A stretch of 64,000 nucleotides of DNA from Eledone cirrhosa. Lineage: Eukaryota. A program made the translations under genes and the position numbers. The stretch is taken from assembly GCA_964016885.1 (NCBI GenBank), contig OZ024757.1, positions 11,160,001 to 11,224,000 of the forward strand. Direction: 5' to 3'. Positions 52,691-64,000 of the stretch are shown piece after piece. How positions within the stretch are numbered: the first letter of the stretch is position 1; every line of letters begins with the position of its first letter. The notes under the pieces are model-generated. The model saw nothing but the letters and a program-made list of their open reading frames with translations. It searched no databases and was not told the DNA's origin.

Positions 52691-53647
52691 GTTTCTTCTT
52701 CCCTTGGCAGAATTTACAGATGTTATTCTTGTCTTATTTTATATATTTTATTCCTGATGATATTTCTTCTGCAATATTTCCAGCAACTGTGACCTCAGTC
52801 AAGATCTGAAGATGATGCAAACTTCTTTCTGATCCAAGTTTAGTTAAGATTCAAAATCATCGTGTAAATATTTCGGATAGTGATGAAACAATACTTTTCC
52901 AAGAATTTTTCAAAGACACACTGTTCTGAGGAAATATTTCACAGTAATTCTGCAATAGATTTATATAAACAGTGTTATAAGAGTTCCGTATCAAAAGCTT
53001 TAGTCTTGAAATGATGATAAATAGTGGGGATGTATTCAAGATTAAAAAATAATTTTATCCCAATTTCATCTGATATTCTGAAATAAGAAAAAAACAGTAT
53101 GAGATAATAGAGAATACTTTAGAAACAGAGATAGATTTAACATTGGAAATTTTATATTTCTATATTGATAAACTGTAGATATCAACTTTCCTGTCCTGAG
53201 TTATTCTCTCCAATGTAAGCAGTGGTATTCCAAGATGCTCTATAGCATGGGAAGTGTGCCCTATAGCCTTTACCCAAGAACATTCTTATATGACATTCTA
53301 ACATGGTAATTGTCTGAGACCTGAAATGTGTAACTTGACAGTTCCTTGAGTAACAGTTCTTTCTACATGGAAAGGAATAGTGCTGTGTAATTGCTTGATA
53401 ACAGTCAAAGGATTCTCACACATGGCTACCCTAGGCATCCCAATAACATGACTTGTGTTAGGCTTGTAGACAGAATTAGTGGGAATTTTTATTTGCAGGG
53501 CTTTCCATAATTTTAGCGCTATTTTTTTTCTTTTCTGTTTGGATGACCTTCCTCTCATCAACCAGTTTACAGCAAGGACTGGGTGTATTGTTTGTGGCAC
53601 TAGAGAGGTTATTTTACTGGACTTAAGAGCTCATATATATACATATG

Positions 53648-54299
53648 TCATCATCATCATCACCGTTTTACGTCCGTTCTTCCACGCTAGCATGGGTTAG
53701 ATGGGTTGTCCTGTTGTGGGCAGTGTCTGGTCGGCTGACCATGGCTTACTCATACAGGAACTGATTTGGCTTGATTTCTACAGTTGGATGCCCTTCCTAA
53801 CACCAACCTCATTTACAGTGAGTGCTGGGTGCTTTTTCGTGGCGCCTACACGTCCACTTTACAGTGTGGGCTGGGTGCTTTTTTGCCGTGTCACCTCAAC
53901 GACCACCTTGCAGTGGGGTGTGTGGGGGCATATTGTCTATATGCTTCAACTTGTACCCATGGGAGGTCGGGTACTCTGTATTACTGTGTGACGCCAGAGG
54001 TCACGGTCATATGTCATCGCCTTTGAGAGGTGTAAATGGGTAAGGTCGGCTTTTATCACCTCTCCCAGGTCATCTTGGGTCTCCCGACTCCGCGGTTTCC
54101 ATCGACTTCTAGTGCTCTGCACCCTTTTATGCAGCTGTCATCCTTCATACGCATCACATGTCCATACCAATGCAGCCACCTCTCCTGCACACAGCATTTG
54201 ATTACTCTTATGCTCAGTCTCTCTCTCAATTCATTTATGCCTTGTCGTTCGCGTATATTACTATTACATATCCATCGGAGAATGCAGGCTTCGTTTCTC
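53648..54299 (-). mobile_element. RTE family C 3' fragment
   Basis: Direct repeat of 55396-56047 with an (ATC)n end, bounded by TA tracts. Confidence 0.85.
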
Positions 54300-54489
54300 T
54301 ATAGATATTTATATATATATACATATATATATAGATATTTATATATATATATACATATATATATAATAATATATATATATATATATATAAATAAATTTCA
54401 CCAGAGTAAGAAAACCAGAATTAGTTATTTAGTTTACACAATGAGACGACAACCCATCTTATTTATTTTATAACATATGACATTTCCTT

Positions 54490-54725
54490 TATATATATAT
54501 ATACTTTACATATATATATACTTTATATATATATATTTATATATACTTTATATATATATATATAATTTATATATATATATATATACTTTATATTTATATA
54601 TATATACTATATATTTATATATATATACTATATATATATATATATAGTTTATATATATAAATATATACTTTATATATATATATATACTTTATATATATAT
54701 ATAGACTTTATATATATATATATAC

Positions 54726-54765
<40 letters not shown>

Positions 54766-54775
54766 ATATATATAT

Positions 54776-54813
<38 letters not shown>

Positions 54814-55395
54814 ATATATATATACTTTATATATATATATACATATATATATATAATTTATATATATATATACTTTATATATATATATACTTTATATATA
54901 TATATATATATACACTTTATATATATATATATATATATACACTTTATATATATATATACTTTATATATATATATATATATATATATACTTTATATATATA
55001 TACTTTATATATATATATACTTTATATATATATATATATACTTTATATAAATATATATATATATATATATTCTTTATATAAATATATATATATATTTTAT
55101 ATAAATATATATATATATTTTATATAAATATATATATATACTTTATATAAAGATATATATATATACTTTATATAAATATATATATATACTTTATATAAAT
55201 ATATATATATACTTTATATAAATATATATATATACTTTATATAAATATATATATATACTTTATATAAATATGTATATATACTTTATATAAATATATATAT
55301 ATATACTTTGTATAAATATATATATATATACTTTATATAAATATATATATATATACTTTATATAAATATATATACATATATACGTTATATAAATA
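54490..55395. repeat. Compound (TA)n-CTT microsatellite array
   Basis: Repeated CTTTATATA(TA)n units, shifting to CTTTATATAAATATA variants. Confidence 0.95.
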
Positions 55396-58036
55396 TCATC
55401 ATCATCACCGTTTTACGTCCGTTCTTCCACGCTAGCATGGGTTAGACGGGTTGTCCTGTTGTGGGCAGTGTCTGGTCGGCTGACCATGCCTTGCTCATAC
55501 AGGAACTGATCTGGCTTGATTTCTACAGCTGGATGCCCTTCCTAACACCAACCTCATTTACAGTGAGTGCTGGGTGCTTTTTCGTGGCGCCTACACGTCC
55601 ACTTTACAGTGTGGGCTGGGTGCTTTTTTGCCGTGGCACCTCCACGACCACCTTGCGGTGGGGGGGGGGGGGGCATATTGTTTATATGCTTCAGCATGTA
55701 CCCATGGGAGGTCGGGTACCCTGTATTACTGCGTGACGCCAGAAGTCACGGTCGTGTGTCATTGACTTTGAGAGGTGTAGTTGGGTAAGGTCGGCTTTTA
55801 TCACCTCATCCCAGGTCATCTTGGGTCTCCCCACTCCGCGGTTTCCATCAACTTCTAGTGCTCTGCACCTTTTTATGCAGCTGTCATCCTTCATACGCAT
55901 CACATGTCCATACCAGCGTAACCGCCTCTCCTGCACGCAGCATTTGATTCCTCTTATGCTCAGTCTCTCTCTCAATTCATTTATGCTTTGTCGTTCACGT
56001 ATATTACTGTTACACATCCATCGGAGCATGCAGGCTTCGTTTCTCTCTAATCTACGTAAGTCTTCCACCTTCAGCGCCCAGGTCTCACTACCATGCAACA
56101 TCGCTGTTCGGATACACGCATCATACAGTCTGCCTTTCATTCTGAGGGAGAAGCCTTTTGCAGCTAGCAGTGGTAGTAGTTCCCTAAACTTCTTCCATCC
56201 CGTTCTTACCCTAGTTATTGTACTTTCTGAGCACCCACCTCCGTTGCTAATTCGGTCACCTAGGTAGCAGAAGCTGTCTACTGTTTCTACAGGGCCCTCC
56301 CAGAGATTGGTGGTACTTGTTTCCTGTGGCTGTTTGCTTGCTGTTTCAGCACAGCTGCTGCATGTGAATCCTACATTCTTAATTAAGCTTCCTGAGATCC
56401 CGCTACATCTCTTGTGTACCCATTGTTTGCATTTGGGGCAAAGAATGGAGTTCCTACCTACACCTTTCCTACATACTGAGCAAGGCCATTTCCCTGAGGG
56501 GATCTGGGTTCTGTTTTCTCGTCTACTTATAAGGACCTTAGTCTTTGTCATGTTGACTTTGAGGCCCTTTCTCTCTAGTCCCTGCTTCCAGGTTTGGAAT
56601 TTATTCTCTAGTTCTACCATAGATTCAGCTATGAGTGCGAGGTCATCAGCATACAGGAGTTCCCATGGGCATCCGGTCTTAAACTCCTCCGTTATTGCCT
56701 GCAGGACTATGATGAACAGGAGAGGGCTAAGAACAGAGCCCTGGTGGACCCCAACCTGTACGCTAAATTCCTCGCTATACTCATTGCCAATCCTAACTTT
56801 GCTGACTGCTCCCCTATACATGGCTTGTACCGCTTTCACAAGCCATTCATCTACTCCTAGTTTTCTAAGAGCCCACCAGATTACTGCACGTGGAACTCTG
56901 TCAAAGGCTTTCTCAAGGTCGACAAATGCCAAGTAGAGTGGCTTACTTTTAGCTAGGTACTTTTCCTGTAATTGCCTCACAAGGAAGAGCGCATCAGTGG
57001 TGCCTTTCCCTGGAACAAACCCAAATTGCATCTCGTCTATATTCACCCGGTCCCTAATCAGCTGTGCTATAACTCTTTCTGTTACTTTCATGACCTGGTC
57101 CATCAACTTTATACCTCTATAGTTTCCTCTATCTAGTGCATCGCCTTTACCTTTGTAGCAGTTGACAATGATGCTACTGCACCAATCTTTTGGTATGGCC
57201 CCCTCTAGTATTACCTGGTTAACGATACGTGTGGTTATAGTGTGACCTACAGACCCAGATGCCTTCAGCATCTCGGCAGCTATACCCGATGGACCGGTTG
57301 CCTTCCCTATCTTCATATCTCTGATTGCCTTACTTACTACGCTGCCGCTGACTTGTACTGCTGGTCCCTCTATAGGGTCTACGTGGGGTAGGGTCTCTTC
57401 TTCCCATGCATTCTCCTCATTTAGTAATCTATCATAATGACTCTTCCATGCATCTTTCTTCTCAGCACTTGTGAGGGCAAGCTCACCTTTATCATTCCGG
57501 ATACACTTCTCTCCAATGACATCACAACTATCTCTGACACACTGCCTCGCAATCTTGAATACCTCCTGTTTCTGGTCCTCACGTTGTAAAACATGCTTGA
57601 ATTTTCTATCCTCTGCTTCCCTCCTAGCTAAGTATACTTGTCGCCTAGCTTCCCTCTTGGTCTCTATGTAATGTACCCTGCTCCCCCCGTTCTTCCATTC
57701 TTTCCATGCCTGTCTCTTGGCCTTGACTGCTTCATCTACCTTATTGTTCCACCACCAAGTCACTCTCCTCCTGCTTGAGGTCTTACTCCAGCCACAAACC
57801 TCATCCGTCGCCTCTAGTAAGTTATTTTTTAGGAACTCCCAGTTCTCTTCTACGTTAAATGTCTCTATCTGTTCTTCTTTACTGTCGTAGGCGTTGAGTA
57901 AAATATCTTTAAATCTGTTACTGGTTGAGGGGACTTTCAGCTTCCAGATCTTTCTTCTCCAGGTTGGCCTCTGTTTCAGGGCTCGTCTAGTTCTGACCGT
58001 GAGGTCGCTGACAACTAAGCTATGTTGGGATGTACA
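55396..58036 (-). mobile_element. Young 5'-truncated RTE family C LINE with uninterrupted ORF (APE end, RT, PHD-like finger)
   Basis: The frame is open from ~58035 (TSQHSLVVSD) to the stop at 55691. All RT motifs including YADD are intact. 3' UTR and (GAT)n tail. Confidence 0.95.
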
Positions 58037-58233
58037 AATATGTATAAATATATATACATATATACGTTATATAAATATGTATAAATATAAATATATATAC
58101 ATATATACGTTATATAAATATATATACATATATACGTTATATAAATATATATATATATATACTTTCTATAAATATATATATATATATACGATATATAAAT
58201 ATATATATATATACTTTATATATATATATAAAT

Positions 58234-58282
<49 letters not shown>

Positions 58283-58523
58283 TGTATATATATATATATA
58301 TATATACATATATACACTTTATATATATATATATATATATATACATATATACACTTTATATATATATATATACACTATATATATATATATATACACTATA
58401 TATATATATACACTTTATATATATATATACACTATATATATATATATACTATATATATATATATACACTTTATATATATACACTTTATATATATATATAC
58501 TTTATATATATATATATATACTT

Positions 58524-58555
<32 letters not shown>

Positions 58556-58997
58556 TATATACTTTATATATATATATATATATATATACTTTATATATAT
58601 ATATATATATACGTTATATATATATATATATACTTTATATATATATATATATACTTTATATATATACTTTATATATATATATAAGTGTACATTATATATA
58701 TATATATACTTTTTATATATATATATATATTTTTATATATGTATATATATACTTTTTATATATATATACTATTTATATAAATATATATATATATATACAT
58801 TTTATATATATATATATATACTTTATATATATATATATATATACTTTATATATATATATATACTTTATATATGTGTTACTTTATATATATATAAATTATA
58901 TGTATATATACATTTTATATATATATATATACTTTATATATATACTTTATATATACACTTTATATATATATATATATACTTTATAAATATATATATA

Positions 58998-59055
58998 GGG
59001 AGGTGCCCCAGCATGGCCTCAGCCTGATGGCTGAAACAGGTAAAAGAGTAAAAGA

Positions 59056-59058
<3 letters not shown>
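58998..59058 (+). mobile_element. Probable SINE 3' terminal fragment
   Basis: GGTGCCCCAGCATGGCC..GGCTGAAACAGG followed by a (TAAAAGAG)2 tail inside (TA)n. Confidence 0.55.
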
Positions 59059-59093
<35 letters not shown>

Positions 59094-60396
59094 TTTATAT
59101 ATATATACTCTATATATATATATATACTTTATATAAATATATATATATACTTTATATAAATATACATATATACTTTATATAGATATATATATATATACTT
59201 TATATAAATATACATATATATATACTTTATATATATATACACATATATATACTTTATATATATATATACTTTATATAAATATATATATTTATATATTACT
59301 TTATATATATATATACTTTATATATATATATATACACTTTATATATATATATATAAACTTTATATATATATATATACACTATATATATATAGATACACTT
59401 TATATCTATATATATATACTTTATATCTATATATATATACTTTATATCTATATATATATACTTTATATCTATATATATATACTTTATATCTATATATATA
59501 TACTTTATATATATATATATATATACTTTATATATATATATATATATACAGTATATATATATATACTTTATATATATATATATATATACAGTATATATAT
59601 ATATACTTTATATATATATATATATATACTTTTTATATATAAATACTTTTTATATATATATATACTTTTTATATATATATAAATACTTTTTATATATATA
59701 TACATATACTTTTTATATATATATAAATACTTTTTATATATATATAAATAATTTATATATATATATACTTTACATATATACGTTATATATATATATAGAC
59801 TTTATATATATACGTTATATATATATATACGTTATATATATATATATATACTTTATATATATATATTATATATATATATATATACTTTATATATATATAT
59901 ATATATGTACTTTATATATATATATACTTTATATATATATATACTTTATATATATATATACTTTATATATATGTATATATATACTTTATATATATATATA
60001 CTTTATATATATGTATATATATACTTTATATATATATACTTTATATATATATATATACTTTATATATATATATACTTCATATATATATATATTTTATATA
60101 TATATATTATATATATATATACTTTATAGTAATAATAATAAAATTGAAGACTAAAATCAAAAGAGGGCTCGATAAAGAAAATATATATCAAATATATAAG
60201 AACCGAAGAGCAATATAACAGATTAAAGTTTAAGCAAAGAATCGCTGCTTTCACCCTTAACGGGATCTTCAAGAACCCGTTAAGGGTGAAAGCAACGATT
60301 CTTTGCTTAAACTTTAATCTGTTATATTAATAAATATATATACTTTATATATATATATATATACCGTATATATATATATACTTTATATATATATAT

Positions 60397-60451
<55 letters not shown>

Positions 60452-60866
60452 TTCATTAAAATAATAGATTAAAGTTTAATCTGTTATTTTAATAAACATT
60501 TGCTCTACGGTTCTTATATACTTGATATATATTTATCCTTATCGAGCCCTCTTTGGATTTTAGTCTTCAAATGTATTATTATTACTATATATATACTTTA
60601 TATATATATATATATTTTATATATATATATATATACTTTATATATATATATACTTTATATATATATACATACTTTATATATATATATATACTTTATATAT
60701 ATATATATACTTTATATATATATATATATATTAGAAAGTGAGGTTTTTTTACAAAATGAAAAATAACCGAGGTGTCCTACACGAGTGAAAGTATAAAGAA
60801 AAAGAGATGAAATCGAAAATGCAACTGGAGTCTTATTTTTTTTAAAATATATATATTTATTTGGTT

Positions 60867-60904
60867 CCTTTACCGTTTTCGCAGTTCTTCTGATTTTCAA
60901 AAGG
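60867..60904 (-). ncRNA. Degenerate minimal hammerhead motif, U3-A8 core (second copy 63502-63539)
   Basis: CCTT-TTGAAAA-tCAG aagaa CTGc-GAAA-[A/C]CGG-TA-AAGG then AATAAA. The 63.5 kb copy has the palindromic ACCGGT stem III. The first stem II pair is mismatched in both. Confidence 0.5.
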
Positions 60905-60930
60905 TGAGTTTTTCTCACATATATATATAT

Positions 60931-60981
<51 letters not shown>

Positions 60982-61052
60982 TTTATATATATATATATAC
61001 TTTACATAAATATATATATATATATATATACTTTATATACATATATATATAT

Positions 61053-61095
<43 letters not shown>

Positions 61096-61143
61096 TTTAT
61101 ATACATATATATATATACTTTATATATATATATATATACACTT

Positions 61144-61183
<40 letters not shown>

Positions 61184-61563
61184 CTTTATATATATATATA
61201 TACACACTTTATATATATATATATATATATACACACTTTATATATACATATATATACACTATATATATATATATATATACACTATATATATAGATATATA
61301 CACTTTATATATATATATATATATATACACTATATATATATATATAATTTATATATACTTTATATATATATATATACTTTATATATATATATATATATAT
61401 ATTAGAATTGGAGCTTGGAAATAGCAATATATATATGAATGTATATATAATGTATTTTGCAATACACTTTATGCTTAATTAAAAGCATTTTGAAGACCGT
61501 ATGCTATTGTTTTAGTGTAGTGACTAACTGACTTACTTTATTCTCAGCAAACAAGGGGAGATA

Positions 61564-61608
61564 AGCCGACAAGGCCTTGTTTCGCATTTATTGATGCTTA
61601 TCAAGGCT
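61564..61608 (-). ncRNA. Type I hammerhead ribozyme motif, U3-A8 core, GUC cleavage site
   Basis: AGCC-TTGATAA-GCAT caataa ATGC-GAA-ACAAGGCCTTGT-C-GGCT. All three stems pair. A third copy at 63959-64000 is cut by the window end. Confidence 0.75.
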
Positions 61609-61856
61609 AACAACTCCCTCCTGTCATACTCTAAAACAATAGCATACGGTCTTCAAAATGCTTTTAATTAAGCATAAAGTGTATTGCAAAATACATTATA
61701 TATACATTCATATATATATTGCTATTTCAGAGCTCCAATTCTAATTTTTTATTTCTGCCTGACCGGCAACCGCTCTGTATAATCAGTTCCTGATTATTTA
61801 CTAGAATTCTATAAGAATATAACATCAGTGATCTCAGTAGACAGGAGGGAGTAGTT

Positions 61857-61901
61857 AGACTTGATAAGCATCAATAAATGCGAAACAAGGCCTCGTCGGC
61901 T
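61857..61901 (+). ncRNA. Inverted copy of the U3-A8 hammerhead with two stem mismatches
   Basis: AGAC-TTGATAA-GCAT caataa ATGC-GAA-ACAAGGCCTCGT-C-GGCT. Confidence 0.6.
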
Positions 61902-63019
61902 TATCTCCCCTTGTTTGATGAGATTAAAGTAAGTGAGTTTGTCACTACTCTAAAACAATAGCATACGGTCTTCAAAATGCTTTTAATTAAGCATAAAGTT
62001 TATTGCAAAATAGATTATATATACATATATATATTTATACTTTATATATATATATATATATATCTATATATATATATACTTTATATATATATATATATAA
62101 TATATACTTTATATATATAATATATACTTTATATATATATACTTTATATATATATATATATATACTTTTTATATATATATATATACTTTTTATATATATA
62201 TATACTTTTTATGTATATATATACTTTTTATATATATATACTTTTTATATATATATATATATAAAGTACATATATATATATACTTTATATATGTATTACT
62301 TTATATATATATATTTTATATATATATATACTTTATATATATATATATATATACTTTATATATATACTTTATATATATATATATACTTTATATATACTTT
62401 ATATATATATATATATATACTTTACATATATACGTTATATATATATACTTTATATATATACGTTATATATATACGTTATATATATATATATATACTTTAT
62501 ATATACTTTATATATACTTTATATATATACTTTATATATATATATACTTTATATATATATACTTTATATATATATATATATATATATACTTTATATATAT
62601 ATATATATATATATACTTTATATATATATATATATATATATACTTTATATATATATATACTTTATATATATATATACTTTATATATATATATACTTCATA
62701 TATATATATACTTTATATATATATATTATATATATATATATATATACTTTATAGTAATAATAATAAAATTGAAGACTAAAATCCAAAGAGGGCTAGATAA
62801 AGAAAATATATATCAAATATATAAGAACCGAAGAGCAATATAACAGATTAAAGTTTAAGCAAAGAATCGCTGCTTTCACCCTTAACGGGATCTTCAAGAT
62901 CCTGTTAAGGGTGAAAGCAGCGATTCTTTGCTTAAACTTTAATCTGTTATTAATAAATATATATACTTTATATATATATATATATATAAAGTATATATAT
63001 ATACTTTATATATATATAT

Positions 63020-63051
<32 letters not shown>

Positions 63052-63231
63052 CTTCATTAAAATAATAGATTAAAGTTTAATCTGTTATTTTAATAAACAT
63101 TTGCTCTACGGTTCTTATATATTTGATATATATTTATCTTTATCGAGCCCTCTTTGGATTTTAGTCTTCAAATGTATTATTATTACTATATATATACTTT
63201 ATATATATATATATTTTATATATATATACAT

Positions 63232-63268
<37 letters not shown>

Positions 63269-63565
63269 TTTATATATATATATACTTTATATATATATAC
63301 ATACTTTATATATATATATATACTTCATATATATATATATACTTTATATATATATATATATATATTAGAAAGTGAGGTTTTTTTTGCAAAATGAAAAATA
63401 ACCGAGGTGTCCTACACGAGTGAAAGTATAAAGAAAAAGAGATGAAATCGAAAATGCAACTGGAGTCTTATTTTTTTTAAAATATATATATTTATTTGGT
63501 TCCTTTACCGGTTTCACAGTTCTTCTGATTTTCAAAAGGTGAGTTTTTCTCACATATATATATAT

Positions 63566-63606
<41 letters not shown>

Positions 63607-64000
63607 TTTATATATATATACACACTTTATATATATATATATATATACACACTTTATATATACATATATATATATACACTATATATATATATACACTTTA
63701 CATATATATATATACACTTTATATATATATATATATATACACTATATATATATATATAATTTATATATACTTTATATATATATATATATATATATATTAG
63801 GATTGGAGCTTGGAAATAGCAATATATATATGAATGTATATATAATGTATTTTGCAATACACTTTATGCTTAATTAAAAGCATTTTGAAGACCGTATGCT
63901 ATTGTTTTAGTGTAGTGACTAACTGACTTACTTTATTCTCAGCAAACAAGGGGAGATAAGCCGACAAGGCCTTGTTTCGCATTTATTGATGCTTATCAAG

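Larger units (their letters stand above)
58037..64000. repeat. Long (TA)n-CTT arrays interleaved with short inverted-repeat islands; ~2.6 kb block duplicated
   Basis: Islands at 60125-60330, 60452-60590, 60732-60918 and 61402-62030 recur at 62750-62955, 63052-63190, 63366-63553 and 63797-64000. Confidence 0.9.

Noticed and set aside
53245-53632. Non-repetitive segment with a 100 aa minus-strand ORF upstream of gene 4
   Set aside because: Possibly a decayed LINE ORF1 piece or an exon, but there is no recognisable motif or splice support.
59020-59042. CTGATGGCTGAAAC as a hammerhead core
   Set aside because: No A9 and no stem II between the halves; it fits a SINE 3' stem-loop.
57894-63877. Long Tyr/Ile-rich ORFs (up to 377 aa)
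   Set aside because: These are translations of (TA)n microsatellite, which lacks stop codons.

Overview
Eukaryotic, AT-rich, repeat-dense animal DNA. It is most likely a coleoid cephalopod (octopus-like); this is inferred from the HTG[D/E][13 protein letters not shown] finger style, the RTE/SINE families and the very long (TA)n tracts. The first ~53 kb is a tandem cluster of four minus-strand C2H2 zinc-finger genes lying in segmentally duplicated units (about 0.4-19.4, 19.4-36.5 and 36.5-47.8 kb, plus a diverged fourth unit at about 50-53 kb). Two genes have intact ORFs (16 and 13 fingers) and two are disrupted. Conserved splice sites, polyA signals and a CCAAT-containing promoter allow a 3-exon gene model. 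The units are filled with RTE-clade LINE pieces whose ORF carries a PHD-like C4HC3 finger behind the RT core. They also carry tRNA-derived SINEs, DD37D (maT) transposon remnants, non-autonomous Helitrons, a MITE-like foldback and one Penelope-like element (RT + GIY-YIG). The last 10 kb is a compound (TA)n-CTT array. It contains a young RTE copy and a ~2.6 kb duplicated block of inverted repeats carrying several hammerhead-ribozyme motifs, two families of which have the non-canonical U3-A8 core. All calls are from reading the sequence by eye; no alignments or searches were run and repeat boundaries are approximate.
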